A stretch of DNA of 64,000 nucleotides from Candidatus Latescibacterota bacterium (GTDB taxonomy: Bacteria; Latescibacterota; UBA2968; UBA8231). The position numbers were made by a program, and so were the translations under genes. How positions within the stretch are numbered: the stretch's first letter is position 1; each line of letters opens with the position of its first letter. The DNA is taken from contig CBDCXV010000010.1 of assembly GCA_965223905.1 (NCBI GenBank), positions 608,001-672,000 of the forward strand. Reading direction: 5' to 3'. Of this stretch, positions 1 through 10,574 are shown one piece after another. The notes below the pieces were generated by a model that was given only the letters and a program-made list of their open reading frames with translations, was not told the origin of the DNA and ran no database searches.

Positions 1-2210
1 GCCTCGGCGGCCTCGTCCAGCAGCTCCCCGGCGCCCTGGTGAAGGCGCTCGAGACTGCGGCTGCCGATCGAGTGTTCGCGGAGCTGCACGAGCCGCTGCT
101 CGTCGAGCTCCCACATGTCGCGAGCCGCTTTCTCCGTCAGCCGGGTCAGGGGTTCCTCGCCCAGGGAGTAGCCGATGCCGCGGGCCTCCTCCTCGCTGCC
201 GTGCCCCTGGCTGTTGAGCAGCATCAGGCGCTGATCCAGCAGCCCGCCGAACAGGAACCGCAGGCGGTTCTCCTCGCCCCCCAGGGCCGGCCCGAACAGG
301 ACTCCGGCTGGTTCTTCCGGGTACTTGCTGAGCAGGAACCCGAACTGCCGCGGCTCGGCGCCGCCCTGGTCCATAACGGTCGGGCCGCCGTACCCCAGCA
401 GCGACCGCGGACTTATGAGGGAGTAGATCTCACGGCCCCGGGTCTTGAACAGCACGATCGTGCGGATGTTGATCGACCGGGTCGCTGCGGCCCCGAGATA
501 GCCGTTGGGCAGCGGTTTCCCGTGGTGCTGGGAGGCGCGCTTGGCGAGGTCGGGCGCCGCGTGGATCGCCCCGGACCGCGGGTCGAGCTCGAAGGCGGCG
601 AGCTTCTCCACCGTGGAGGGAATCCCCCTGAAGACGGCGTTGCCGTCTCCGTCGGCGATTGCCACGCGCTGCCCGTGCACCCCGGTCTCCTGCTTGTCGT
701 AGGTGTTGACTACCACCAGTGCACCGGGCACGGGGCGGTCCGGAGTCTGACTGCGCCGGGGATACTGCCGCGCCTGGACGATGAGATCCCCATCCGGTCC
801 TTGACGACTCCGGCCAGGGCGGCGCGTCCGGACGACAGCTCCGGGTCGTTGAGGATCCCGACGAGCATCCGCTTCAGCAGCGCCACCTGGCGGTCGAGGT
901 TGCCGGTATCGACGCCGCGGTCGAGGGGGGTGGCCTCCGACTGCCGGCTGTCGTTGACCGTGGCCAGGGTGAGGGCAGGCACTCCCGCGGCGTGGGCCCA
1001 TGCGGCGTCCGGGTTGATTCCCCCAGGTGCGAGGGATTCCCAGCTCCTGCCGCGCACCGGACTGACGCCGTTGACGAGAGCGCGCTCGTCAGCTCTGCCC
1101 AGCTCCCCTGCGGCCGCTTCGCCGCGGGCCATGAAGATGCGGGAGTACGGGAGGAAGAAGCGCCGCAGCTCGTCGCCGGCCAGGTTGTTCCATACCCCCA
1201 GCTGGTCGCTGCCCCCGGAGAGGTCGAATCCGACGAAAAGGCCGATGTCGAGCGGCTCCCCGTAGCGGGCGGAGTACTCCGTGAGTGCGCGCGCGCCGGT
1301 TGACGAAGTCGATGATCCCCTGCTGCGCCTGGTAATGGGCGGAGGTGGCGAGAAAGAGGACGCTGTGCGCAGGACGGTGCTCGACGAGATGGCGCGCGGT
1401 TTCGAGCAGGGCGGCGATCCCACAGGCCGCGGTCCCACCCGGGGCCAGCGCCGGGACCACCGAGGCGGCGTCGTAGTATGCCTGCAGCACCACCGTCTCT
1501 TCGGAAAGCTTGGGGTCGGCGCCCTCCAGGACCGCGGTCAGGTTCCACGCCGGACGCATCTCCCAGTCCATGCGCCCGCGCAGGGTTACCTCCAACTCCC
1601 CTCCTTCATCGAGGCGCCGGCGCAGCCGCTGCCCGGAGCGGTCGTCGATCCAGAAGCGCGGAACATCGAGGGGTGCGACCGCGTACTTGCGCTGGGCCTG
1701 GCGGACCGTCGTCTCCCCCGGCTCGATGAAGAGAACGGCCGCGGCCCCGAGGGAGGCCGGCCGCAGCCAGTTGAGGCCGCTGTTGAACTCCATGAGAACG
1801 GCGCGGCCCTCGAGCTCGCGCCCGTTCAGCTCCGCCCACTCGCCGCTGCCGGCGTACACCAGCGGCAGGCGCAGGCCTGCGGGGGGAAGGGTGGGGGTGC
1901 GCACGAGGTTGGGCCACATGCACAGGAGGGGAATCGACAGGCCGGTCTCTTCGACCGCGAGGGAGGCGCCGCGGTCCACCGGCATGCCGACCGGGTACTC
2001 CTGTCGGCGCACGTCGGTCAGCCCGAGATCGCGGAAGCGGTCTTCGATCAGGCCGGCAGCCGCGGCGGCGCCCGGATAACCGACGGCGCGCGAGCCGTTC
2101 GAGGTCAGGAATTCAATGTCGGCGGTGAGCCGGGCGGCCTGGTCGGCGGCCGCGGCCGCGGCGAGCGAAAGGCAGAGGGCCGCGGCGAACAGGAGGCCGG
2201 CTGCCCCCAT
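1..2210 (-). CDS. Large secreted/membrane protein with N-terminal M28-peptidase-like and PA region (probably M28 + FtsX-like permease type); runs off the window start; two apparent frameshifts (~1280, ~790)
   Basis: Signal peptide MGAAGLLFAAALCLSLAAAAAA, then SRAVGYPG, PA-like LPLVYAGSGE, VVLQAYYD. Reading continues in ORF 710..1438 (FDLSGGS) and then in a third frame (DLIVQARQYP...) to the window edge. Confidence 0.6.
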
Positions 2211-2260
2211 GCCGCGGGATGATACGCCGCTCCCGGGCCCGAGGCCTCGGGACGGCTCCC

Positions 2261-3148
2261 TCACTTCGGGGCGGGCAGGCGCTCGAGCAGCTCCTCCATC
2301 CACTCGTCCGCTCCCATGTGGCCGGCGAACCCGGCCTCGATATCGGCCTCGGTGTGGGAATCGGAGCCGCCGGTCGACACCAGGCCGTGCTCGACGCAGT
2401 AGGCCCGGTAGAACGGTGTGAATTCCGGCGGGACCATGGGATGGGCGCACTCGATGCCGTCGAAGCCGATCTCCTCCCGCAGGGCGTCGATGCGGGTGCG
2501 GTCCCCCTGGTCGAAGCTGTCGTGGGGATGGGCGATCGACACCACCGCTCCCAGTCCCCTGACCGCGGGAACCACCTCGGCCACCGGGGGATACGGGGGC
2601 GCCTCCCCCAACTGCTTTGCCCTGGCCCGGAACCCGGCGAACTCGTCATCGCCACCGATCTTGCCGGTTTCCAGCAGGTATCGGCGCAGCGCATCCCCCT
2701 TTACCTGGGTGAGCCCGTGCCGGTCGACGATGTCGCCGGGTCGGTAGGTCCTGGCGATGTCCATGAGACCGTTCTCGTCGATGTCGCAACCCTGCTCGCG
2801 CAGGCCCCTGACGAGGGCCCGGCCCATCTCGGTCCGCCATTCCCTGTAGGTGTGCAGCAGTTCCCGCAGCTCCGGTGGTTGCGAAAGCGGGAAGCCGTAG
2901 CAAAGAAGATCGACCTCCCCGATCGAGGTCTCGACGGTCAGCTCCGCCGCGGGGATCGGGGTCACTTCCGGGTAGCCGGCCGCGGCTTCGAGTAGTTCCG
3001 CGAGCGAATCGAGGTGGTAATGCTCGGTGAGGGCCATCCAGCGAACCCCGAGCTTTCGGGCCTGGCGGAGGTGGCTCTCCGGAGCCGCGGAGGCGTCGTG
3101 GCTCCAGTAGCTGTGAAGGTGCAGATCGTAGGTCGCGCGGGTGTTCAT
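2261..3148 (-). CDS. PHP-domain metal-dependent phosphoesterase (TrpH/YciV-like)
   Basis: DLHLHS near the N-terminus, AAEL, IAHP and GGSDSH motifs; start taken at MNTRATY. Confidence 0.85.
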   Translation of the reverse strand: MNTRATYDLHLHSYWSHDASAAPESHLRQARKLGVRWMALTEHYHLDSLAELLEAAAGYPEVTPIPAAELTVETSIGEVDLLCYGFPLSQPPELRELLHTYREWRTEMGRALVRGLREQGCDIDENGLMDIARTYRPGDIVDRHGLTQVKGDALRRYLLETGKIGGDDEFAGFRARAKQLGEAPPYPPVAEVVPAVRGLGAVVSIAHPHDSFDQGDRTRIDALREEIGFDGIECAHPMVPPEFTPFYRAYCVEHGLVSTGGSDSHTEADIEAGFAGHMGADEWMEELLERLPAPK

Positions 3149-3294
3149 TTGCGGATGCCCGGCAGCTGAATCCCGTGCCCTGGAACGGCTGTCACTCCGC
3201 CGCCGTTCCGGCGGCCAACAGGTGGGGGCGAACTTTCGTTGCCACGGGTTTGGGGGGAGCCTTGATTTACGAAGAGCGGGCATCAACATACCCT

Positions 3295-5223
3295 ATGGGC
3301 GTCTGGCGATCAACCGATTTGAAACCTGTTCCGCCTCCCCTCGCCTCCCCTGTAATCGACATCTTCCGGGGCCTGTTTCCCGCTCTGGCGATGTTGCTTT
3401 GGGCGACCGACCCGGCGCCATGCCGGCCTCTGCAGGCATCCAACCATGAAATGGCGTCCCTGCTGGAACATATCGCGTCCGCGGCCGACCCGGCCGGGAA
3501 CGAGTACCTGAACGCCGAGCGGGCGCTACGGCTGCGGCAGCAGCTTGCCGACACGCTGACCGCCGGGACCGGGCTCGAAGCGGAGATCGCCGTTCGCCTG
3601 GCTCTGGGTGCGGAGTTGCTTCGCGCCGGTCTCACCGAAGAGGCAATCGCCGAGCTCGAGCAGCTCCGTGAACCCGCCGGGAGGGTGCGCGACGCCAGGT
3701 CGCGAAAGCTGTCACGCCGGATCCTCCTCGACATGCTGGGAGTATCGTACCTGAGACTCGGGGAGCAGCAGAACTGCCTTCTCGCGCACACCTCCGCCTC
3801 CTGCATTCTTCCGGTTTCCGCCGCGGGAGTGCACGTGAGGCCCCGGGGTTCACGCACCGCAATCTCCCACTACGGCAGTCTCCTCGCCGAGCACCCGGAC
3901 GATCTCGGTGCCTTCTGGCTCATCAACCTTGCCCACATGACCCTCGGGGAGCACCCGCAAGGAGTGCCTGCCGCCTGGCTGATTCCTCCGGAGACCTTCG
4001 CCTCCGACGGCGTCGTCGGCAGGTTCCGCGACGTCGCACCGCACAGTGGCCTGACCGCCACCGGCCTATCCGGGGGCAGCATCATGGAGGACTTCAACGG
4101 GGACGGTTTTCTCGACGTCATGGCCTCGTCCTGGGGACTCCGCGACCCGTTGCGCTATTTCCGCAGCAATGGAGACGGCAGCTTTTCCGAGCACACCGAG
4201 CGAGCCGGCCTGGTCGGACAGGTGGGCGGGCTCAACCTCACCCACGCCGACTTCGACAACGACGGGGACCGCGATGTCCTCGTGCTGCGCGGGGCGTGGC
4301 TGGACGAACACGGCCTCCACCCCAACAGCCTCCTGCAGAACGATTCCCACGGTTTCTTCACCGACGTGACCCGGGCCTCCGGCCTGCTCTCATTCCACCC
4401 CACCCACGCGGCCGCCTGGGGAGACTACGACAACGACGGCTGGCTCGATCTCTTCGCCGGCGCTTTCGAGTTCGAGAGCGCCGCGGACATCGTCGACCTC
4501 TATTTCGACAATCCGAGTGTCATCGATCGTCCGCGACTCTATCACAACGAGGGAGACAGGACCTTCACCGACGTTACCGAGGCGGCGGGGATGCACCGCA
4601 CCATCGCCGCCATGGGGGCCAACTTCGGCGACCTCGACAACGATGGATTCCTCGATTGCTACATCGGGACCGGTCACCCGCAGATGCGCGCCCTGCTGCC
4701 GAACCGCATGTTCCGCAACGCCGGGGGCGCTTTCTTTGAGGACGTCACCTCGTCGGGCGGTTTCGGCCATCTGCAGAAAGGCCACGCCGTTTCCTTCGGC
4801 GATATCGACAACGACGGAGACCAGGACATCTACCAGGTGATCGGCGGGGCTTACTCGGGGGACGTGTACCAGGACGTCCTGTTCGAGAATCCCGGACACG
4901 GAAACAGCTGGCTCGCCTTGCAACTCGAAGGGGTGCACTCCAATCGCGACGGCATCGGCGCGGTCATAACCGCGCACGTCCGCGAGCACGGGGAGCCGCG
5001 GCGCATCTACCTCACCGTGGGAACAGGTGGGAGCTTCGGCTCCTCCAGCCTGCAGCAGGAGATCGGGCTGGGATCGGCGGAAGTGGTCGAACGCCTGGAG
5101 ATCGCCTGGCCTGCGGGCACCCGGCAGAGCTTCTCGAAAGTAGAAGCGAACCAGTTCCTCAAGGTTGTCGAGGGTTCCCCCGAGCCGATCCGGCTCGAAA
5201 AAAGGAGGTTCACTTTTCGATGA
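3295..5223 (+). CDS. CRTAC1-family / FG-GAP repeat protein with C-terminal ASPIC/UnbV domain
   Basis: Repeated DFNGDG, DFDNDG, DYDNDG, DLDNDG and DIDNDG motifs; C-terminal SNRDGIGA...GGSFGSS...IGLG...WP. Start uncertain. Confidence 0.85.
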   Translation: MGVWRSTDLKPVPPPLASPVIDIFRGLFPALAMLLWATDPAPCRPLQASNHEMASLLEHIASAADPAGNEYLNAERALRLRQQLADTLTAGTGLEAEIAVRLALGAELLRAGLTEEAIAELEQLREPAGRVRDARSRKLSRRILLDMLGVSYLRLGEQQNCLLAHTSASCILPVSAAGVHVRPRGSRTAISHYGSLLAEHPDDLGAFWLINLAHMTLGEHPQGVPAAWLIPPETFASDGVVGRFRDVAPHSGLTATGLSGGSIMEDFNGDGFLDVMASSWGLRDPLRYFRSNGDGSFSEHTERAGLVGQVGGLNLTHADFDNDGDRDVLVLRGAWLDEHGLHPNSLLQNDSHGFFTDVTRASGLLSFHPTHAAAWGDYDNDGWLDLFAGAFEFESAADIVDLYFDNPSVIDRPRLYHNEGDRTFTDVTEAAGMHRTIAAMGANFGDLDNDGFLDCYIGTGHPQMRALLPNRMFRNAGGAFFEDVTSSGGFGHLQKGHAVSFGDIDNDGDQDIYQVIGGAYSGDVYQDVLFENPGHGNSWLALQLEGVHSNRDGIGAVITAHVREHGEPRRIYLTVGTGGSFGSSSLQQEIGLGSAEVVERLEIAWPAGTRQSFSKVEANQFLKVVEGSPEPIRLEKRRFTFR

Positions 5224-6002
5224 GATTGAAAGAAGACCAGCTGCGTCAGTTCGCAACCGAAGGCTGGGTGTTCCTTCCCGATCTCTTTACCCCCGAAGAG
5301 GTCGGGGTTCTGAAAGCGGAACTGCCGGTGATCTTCGCCATGAACCGGGAGGAGGTCTGGCGCGAGAAGGATGGCGAGGCAGTGCGCACGGCGTTCGCCG
5401 CCCATACCTACAACGAGGTCTTCGCCCGCCTGGGACGCCATCCGCGCCTGATCGGGCCGGTAATGCAACTCCTCGACGGACCAGTGTACATGCACCAGTA
5501 CAAAATCAACGGCAAGGCGGCCTTCAGCGGCGATGTCTGGCAGTGGCACCAGGACTACGGAACCTGGGCGCGGGACGACCAGATGCCGGAACCGAGGGCG
5601 ATGAACATAGCCGTCTTCCTCGACGAGGTGAGCGAATTCAACGGCCCCCTGTACATCATTCCGCGCAGCCACAGGCAGGGAGTGATCGAGGCGGGCCACG
5701 ATACCCTGACGACCTCGTATCCGCTTTGGACCCTCGACCAGCAAACGGTTGCCCGGCTGGCTGACGAAGGGGGGATCGAGGCGCCCAAAGGGAAGGCGGG
5801 CGCCGTCCTGATGTTCCACTCGAACATCGTGCACGCCTCGCCTGCGAACATAAGCCCCTGGGGGCGGGTGATCGTCTATCTCAGCCTGTGCCGCGTCGAC
5901 AACCACATCCGCCGGTTCAAACGACCGGAGTGGATCGCCCACCGCGACTTCAGGCCGATCGATCCGCTGAACGACGACTGCCTGCTGCGGCCAGGGCGGT
6001 GA
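5220..6002 (+). CDS. Phytanoyl-CoA dioxygenase (PhyH) family Fe(II)/2-oxoglutarate dioxygenase, ectoine/proline-hydroxylase-like
   Basis: WQWHQD (HxD), distal IVHAS, NISPWGR; ATGA overlap with the upstream gene. Confidence 0.9.
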   Translation: MRLKEDQLRQFATEGWVFLPDLFTPEEVGVLKAELPVIFAMNREEVWREKDGEAVRTAFAAHTYNEVFARLGRHPRLIGPVMQLLDGPVYMHQYKINGKAAFSGDVWQWHQDYGTWARDDQMPEPRAMNIAVFLDEVSEFNGPLYIIPRSHRQGVIEAGHDTLTTSYPLWTLDQQTVARLADEGGIEAPKGKAGAVLMFHSNIVHASPANISPWGRVIVYLSLCRVDNHIRRFKRPEWIAHRDFRPIDPLNDDCLLRPGR

Positions 6003-6224
6003 AACCTTCCAGTCGGCAGCATGGTCTCCGATTCGGTGCCCTTTTCTTCCGGGAGAAAGGAGCGGTCAGGCGGGGACGGATACTTCACTTTCTTATACTT
6101 CACCGGGAGCCTTCGACCCCAAGGCAACTTTAGTGGAACGGTTCGGAAATCGGGTTGCTCCCCATAAGTTTCTTGCAGGGCCCTGAGGAACTTCATACCG
6201 CCGCCGCCCTCAACGGCTTGCAAG

Positions 6225-6260
6225 AAAAAGGGTCCGGTCGCATGTCGCGACCGGACCCTT
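6225..6260 (-). terminator. Rho-independent terminator downstream of tRNA-Thr
   Basis: Inverted repeat aagggtccggtcg/cgaccggaccctt followed by a T-run on the minus strand. Confidence 0.8.
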
Positions 6261-6263
6261 ATC

Positions 6264-6339
<76 letters not shown>

Positions 6340-6402
6340 TGTATCTGGTCAGCTAGCCTACAGGGGCCCTGAAATACTGTCAAGGAACCCGGGGAACGCA
6401 GT

Positions 6403-6639
6403 TCAATTCATAGGGGTGCGGTACTGCAGCCCCGCGGTAGCCGACCGCGCCGCGTAAGCCAGCATCTCCTCCTGCAGCTCGATCGGAAGACCCGCAAGTT
6501 CGACCTGGGCGGCACTTCCCGGGATATCCCGGCGCGTGCAAACCCAGTGCCCCTCCTCCTGCCTCCAGCGCAGCGGCGGAGCGGTGCCGGGTCCCCGCGA
6601 GTAGAAATCCTCGCCTTCGGAATAAACTTCGAGGTTCAT
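6403..6639 (-). CDS. Small hypothetical protein (78 aa)
   Basis: MNLEVYSEGEDFY..., preceded by an AGGAG ribosome binding site, 10 nt after the upstream gene. Confidence 0.6.
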   Translation of the reverse strand: MNLEVYSEGEDFYSRGPGTAPPLRWRQEEGHWVCTRRDIPGSAAQVELAGLPIELQEEMLAYAARSATAGLQYRTPMN

Positions 6640-6649
6640 CTTCTCCTGC

Positions 6650-7243
6650 TCAGACGTGCGGCCCGCGTTCCCTGATGATGCGGGTCGCAAGCTCCGGGTC
6701 GATTTGCAGGATCATCTCCGGCTCGATGGTAATCCCGCCAGGCAGGTCGAAGCCGGCGACGGCGCTGCGCGTGTGCCAGCCCGACAGCGACGAATCCAGC
6801 CCGTCCGTAGCCGAGCTTGAAAGCGGTCCGCCGAAGACGTCGTGAAACAGGGTGGAGTAGCCGTCGACTACCCCCGGCGACTTGGTGAACACTCCCCCGC
6901 CCGGTGAGTTGACCATGCCGATGCACTTGACGCAGTACCAGACGTCGTTCAGCGTGCCCTCGGGATCCAGGGCCCAGTGCAGGCTCGTCAGATGGCTGAT
7001 CCCCGCCTCCCGGCCGGCCTCGTAGCCGCGCTCGATATCGGCGTCATCGTCGGCCATTGCTCCCTGCCCGCCCCCGGTTCCCGAAGTGAAAACCAGGCCG
7101 GAAGGAGTGAACGACACACTTGCGATCCTCCGGCCCTTCGGGTCGGAAACCACCTCGGCTTTGGAGCCGAGATCGATTCCCAGCTCCCTGATGCGGTCGT
7201 ACACATCGAAGTCGCGGTTCCAGTCGTCGTGCAGAGTGCTCAT
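6650..7243 (-). CDS. RidA/YjgF (endoribonuclease L-PSP)-like protein, divergent
   Basis: LVFTSG, VKCIGMVNS...F, VVDGYS.LF..VFG, HTRSAV, LPGGITIEPEMI; GAAGGAG ribosome binding site. Confidence 0.7.
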   Translation of the reverse strand: MSTLHDDWNRDFDVYDRIRELGIDLGSKAEVVSDPKGRRIASVSFTPSGLVFTSGTGGGQGAMADDDADIERGYEAGREAGISHLTSLHWALDPEGTLNDVWYCVKCIGMVNSPGGGVFTKSPGVVDGYSTLFHDVFGGPLSSSATDGLDSSLSGWHTRSAVAGFDLPGGITIEPEMILQIDPELATRIIRERGPHV

Positions 7244-7687
7244 TTTGTGGTTTCTCCTTCAGGTTGAGTTGATTGATCCGGTTTCAGGTGAAGATATACA
7301 GGCCTTTCCCTGCACCCGTTTCCTGCCTGTCTCTTCATTTCAACTGACTCTTAAAATTTGAGAGGCTGTTTTTTTTAGCGAAGTCCCGTGCATTCAGCTC
7401 CCGAATCGTTCACAGGCGGCAAAAAGGAGGGCCGGGCCGATTGAACGAAAAACCCCCTGCGAAGGGTTAAAGATCCGAATTTATTCCGCCCATCTTTTCC
7501 AGTCAAGAAACCGTCGGGAAATTGAAACCGGAATGCCTTGTCTGCCTCCATCCCCCACTTATCCCCTCGGAGGTTTGTCAACGCGGTAAAGGAGACCCGT
7601 TCGGCAGTTGAGGAAGTGGAGACGGCGAAGGTCTCGGCCTACCTTTTTCAATGCATTCGCCACCACCTGCTTCCGGAGCTTGTATAG

Positions 7688-9397
7688 TTGAACGGCATTT
7701 CGAGTTCTCACCTCGCCGGGCTTTCCGAGCCTGTGCGGGCGGCCCTGGTCCGCATGCGAGAGGATTCCGTTGTCGAACGGATGTGGAACAAGGACCACAC
7801 CCTCTGGTCACCCGATCCGGCCGGGATCGCCAACCGCATGGGCTGGATGGACAGCCCTGAAGCCATGGTGCCGAAGATCTGCGAAATCGACCCGGTGGTG
7901 GAGGCCGTCTGCGCCGCAGGCTACACCCACGCCCTTCTCCTCGGAATGGGGGGATCGAGCCTGGCGCCTGAAGTCATGCGCAGAATCTTCGGCTTCGCCC
8001 GCGGGCATCTCGACCTCGCCGTGCTCGACAGCACGGACCCGGCCGCGGTGCTCGCGCAGGCTCGCCGGCTCGACCCGTCGCGAACCCTCTTCATCGCCGC
8101 CACCAAGTCCGGCGGCACGGTCGAGACCATCTCCTTCCTCAACTACTTCTACAACCTTCTCTGCAATGCCCCCGGACCGGGGAGACCCGGAGACCATTTC
8201 ATCGCCATCACCGATCCCGGCAGCGGCCTTGAGGAGCTGGCCCGCGGTCTCGGCTTTCGTCACCTCTTCCTCAACGACCCCGACATCGGCGGCCGCTATT
8301 CGGCGCTTTCCTTCTTCGGGCTGGTGCCTGCCCGTCTCGCCGGCATCGACATCGAGCGCCTGTTGGACCGGGCACGGGAAGCGGTCGATCAGTGTCGTTC
8401 CACAGAGGACAACCCCGGCATTTTCCTCGGAGCCGCCATCGCCTGCGGGGCTCTCGCCGGGCGCGACAAGCTGACCCTGGCCGCCTCTCCCGCCATGGCG
8501 CCCCTTGGAACCTGGATCGAACAGCTGCTCGCCGAGAGCACCGGCAAGGAGGGCAAGGGGATCCTCCCTGTCGACGGCGAAGCCCTCTCCGGCCCGGAGC
8601 AGTACGCCGGGGACAGGCTGTTCGTCCGCCTGCGGCTCGCCGGCGACTCCGCCCTCGACGGCAGGCTGGAGGCCCTCGAAACCTCGGGCAACCCGGTGAT
8701 CACTCTGGACATCGACGATGCCTTCGGCATCGCCGGGCAGTTCGTCATCTGGGAGATCGCCACCGTCGTCGCCGGCCACCTGCTCGGGATCAACCCCTAC
8801 GACCAGCCGGACGTCGAGGCGGCCAAGAAGCTGGCCGGGGAGATGACGGAAACCTACCGCCGCGACCGCACTCTGCCTCCCGAGGAATCCGCCATGGTCG
8901 ACGGCGACCTGCGGATCTACGGGGCCGCGGCGGGAGCCTCCCGTCTTCCCGCGGCGCTGTCCGCCTTGTTCGCCGCGGCCTCGACCGCGGAGAAACGGCG
9001 AAGCTACTTCTGCCTGCAGGCCTGGCTCCCCCCGGAGGCAGCGACCGATGCCGCCCTCGAGCGCCTGCGGCTGGCGATCCGGGACCGCACCGGGATGGCG
9101 GTCACCGCCGGGTACGGGCCGCGCTTCCTGCACTCGACGGGCCAGCTGCACAAGGGGGACGCCGGGCACGGGCTGTTCCTGCAGCTCACCTGCGACGACC
9201 CCGAAGAAGCCGCCATACCGGACCGGACCGGAAGCCCGGAATCGGCCATGTCGTTCGGGGTGCTGAAGGCGGCGCAGGCCTGCGGCGACCGCCAGGCCCT
9301 GATCGACACCGGACGCCGGGTGCTGCGCCTTCACCTGGGCGCCGACGTTCCCGGCGCCCTCGACAGGATTACGGAGACCGTAACCCGGCAAGACTGA
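7688..9397 (+). CDS. pgi: Glucose-6-phosphate isomerase (type related to the Pgi half of Tal-Pgi fusions)
   Basis: GMGGSSL, TKSGGTVET, IGGRYSALS, EQLLAESTGKEGKG, NPYDQPDVEAAK, GPRFLHSTGQLHKG. Confidence 0.88.
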   Translation: MNGISSSHLAGLSEPVRAALVRMREDSVVERMWNKDHTLWSPDPAGIANRMGWMDSPEAMVPKICEIDPVVEAVCAAGYTHALLLGMGGSSLAPEVMRRIFGFARGHLDLAVLDSTDPAAVLAQARRLDPSRTLFIAATKSGGTVETISFLNYFYNLLCNAPGPGRPGDHFIAITDPGSGLEELARGLGFRHLFLNDPDIGGRYSALSFFGLVPARLAGIDIERLLDRAREAVDQCRSTEDNPGIFLGAAIACGALAGRDKLTLAASPAMAPLGTWIEQLLAESTGKEGKGILPVDGEALSGPEQYAGDRLFVRLRLAGDSALDGRLEALETSGNPVITLDIDDAFGIAGQFVIWEIATVVAGHLLGINPYDQPDVEAAKKLAGEMTETYRRDRTLPPEESAMVDGDLRIYGAAAGASRLPAALSALFAAASTAEKRRSYFCLQAWLPPEAATDAALERLRLAIRDRTGMAVTAGYGPRFLHSTGQLHKGDAGHGLFLQLTCDDPEEAAIPDRTGSPESAMSFGVLKAAQACGDRQALIDTGRRVLRLHLGADVPGALDRITETVTRQD

Positions 9398-9537
9398 CGG
9401 TTCTCAGCGCCCCGTTTCGGCGCCGGCGGTGGCGAGGGAGGGGCCCAGGCGGAAGACTTCCGTGGGAGCGCAGGGGAAGCTACCGATGCCGGTGCCAGCA
9501 GCTCCCCGAAGGATCCCCTTCCCGCCTTCCCCGGCCA

Positions 9538-10431
9538 TCACAGCTGCTTTCCCGAAAGCTGCGCCTGCAGCATCTCGACGAAGGCCGCGGCCGCGGGCGA
9601 ACGCCGCCTGCCCTTGTGCTCCACGAGGCCGATGTCGCGGGCCGGCAGCCCGGCCACAGGAACCGCGGCCAGCCTTCCCGCGGCGGTCTCCGCGGCGACC
9701 GCCACCTCGGGCACCAAGGCGAGCCCGAGCCCGATCTCGACGAATCTCTTGAGCACCTCGATGCTGCCGAGGTTCATCGCCACCTCGACGTCGAGGCCGG
9801 CGCGCAGGAACATCTCGTCCATCAGCTTGCGCGTCGTGCTCCCCTGCTCGAGCCCCAGCAGCGGCTGCGCCGCCACTGTTTTCAGGGTCGCCGAGCGCTT
9901 CCCCGCCAACTCGTGGTCGGGCCGGCAGATGAGGACGTCGCGGCGCGCGAACAGGACCTCGTTTACGAGGCTGCGATGGCGCACCGGAAGGGTCGCCAAC
10001 CCGAGGTCGACCTCGTCCCCGAGCACCATGCGCCCCACCTCGGACGACATCTTGTTGCGTATGTCGATCTCGACCTCGGGATAGCTGTCGCGGAAACACC
10101 GCAGCACCGGAGGCAGCACGTACGAGCAGTTGGTGTCGCTCGTGCCGATCACCAGCCGCCCCCGCAACACCTGCCGCAGACCCTCGATCTCGGCGCGGGC
10201 CGCGGCGAGCTCGTCGAACACCGCCTTGGCACGCCGGAACAGGATCTCCCCCGCCGGGGTCAGGCGGGCGTTGCGGCGGCGGCGCTCGAACAGCGTCTCC
10301 CCCAGCTCCTCCTCGAGCCCCTTGAGCTGCAGGCTGATCGCCGGCTGCGTCAGGTAGAGCTTGTCGGCGGCGCGGGTGAAGCTCCCCTCGCGCGCCACCT
10401 CGAAAAAACCCTGCAGTTGATGCAGCTCCAT
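9538..10431 (-). CDS. LysR-family transcriptional regulator
   Basis: N-terminal HTH SFTRAADKLYLTQPAISLQLKGLEEELG..LFER followed by a LysR substrate-binding domain. Confidence 0.95.
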   Translation of the reverse strand: MELHQLQGFFEVAREGSFTRAADKLYLTQPAISLQLKGLEEELGETLFERRRRNARLTPAGEILFRRAKAVFDELAAARAEIEGLRQVLRGRLVIGTSDTNCSYVLPPVLRCFRDSYPEVEIDIRNKMSSEVGRMVLGDEVDLGLATLPVRHRSLVNEVLFARRDVLICRPDHELAGKRSATLKTVAAQPLLGLEQGSTTRKLMDEMFLRAGLDVEVAMNLGSIEVLKRFVEIGLGLALVPEVAVAAETAAGRLAAVPVAGLPARDIGLVEHKGRRRSPAAAAFVEMLQAQLSGKQL

Positions 10432-10444
10432 GACGCCCTCCGCG

Positions 10445-10510
10445 ATATTGAAAAATTATGGTATTCATGAAATATATAAATTTTGATTATGCTCGCCGGA
10501 ACGGTATCCT
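10445..10510. promoter_or_regulatory. Divergent LysR control region: two ATA-N9-TAT boxes and a candidate sigma70 promoter for the purA-like gene
   Basis: ATA-ttgaaaaat-TAT at 10445-10459 and ATA-aattttgat-TAT at 10476-10490; TTGATT (10483)-16 nt-TATCCT (10505); AT-rich island in GC-rich DNA. Confidence 0.65.
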
Positions 10511-10574
10511 GGTTTGCGAACGGCGCGCGCCGCTCGACGAAGTCAACGGAGGATCCAATTCAGGAGTATGGGGA

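Noticed and set aside
5220-6002. ectD (ectoine hydroxylase) call
   Set aside because: It lacks the EctD signature FxWHSDFETWH (it has WQWHQDYGTW), and no ectABC genes are nearby.
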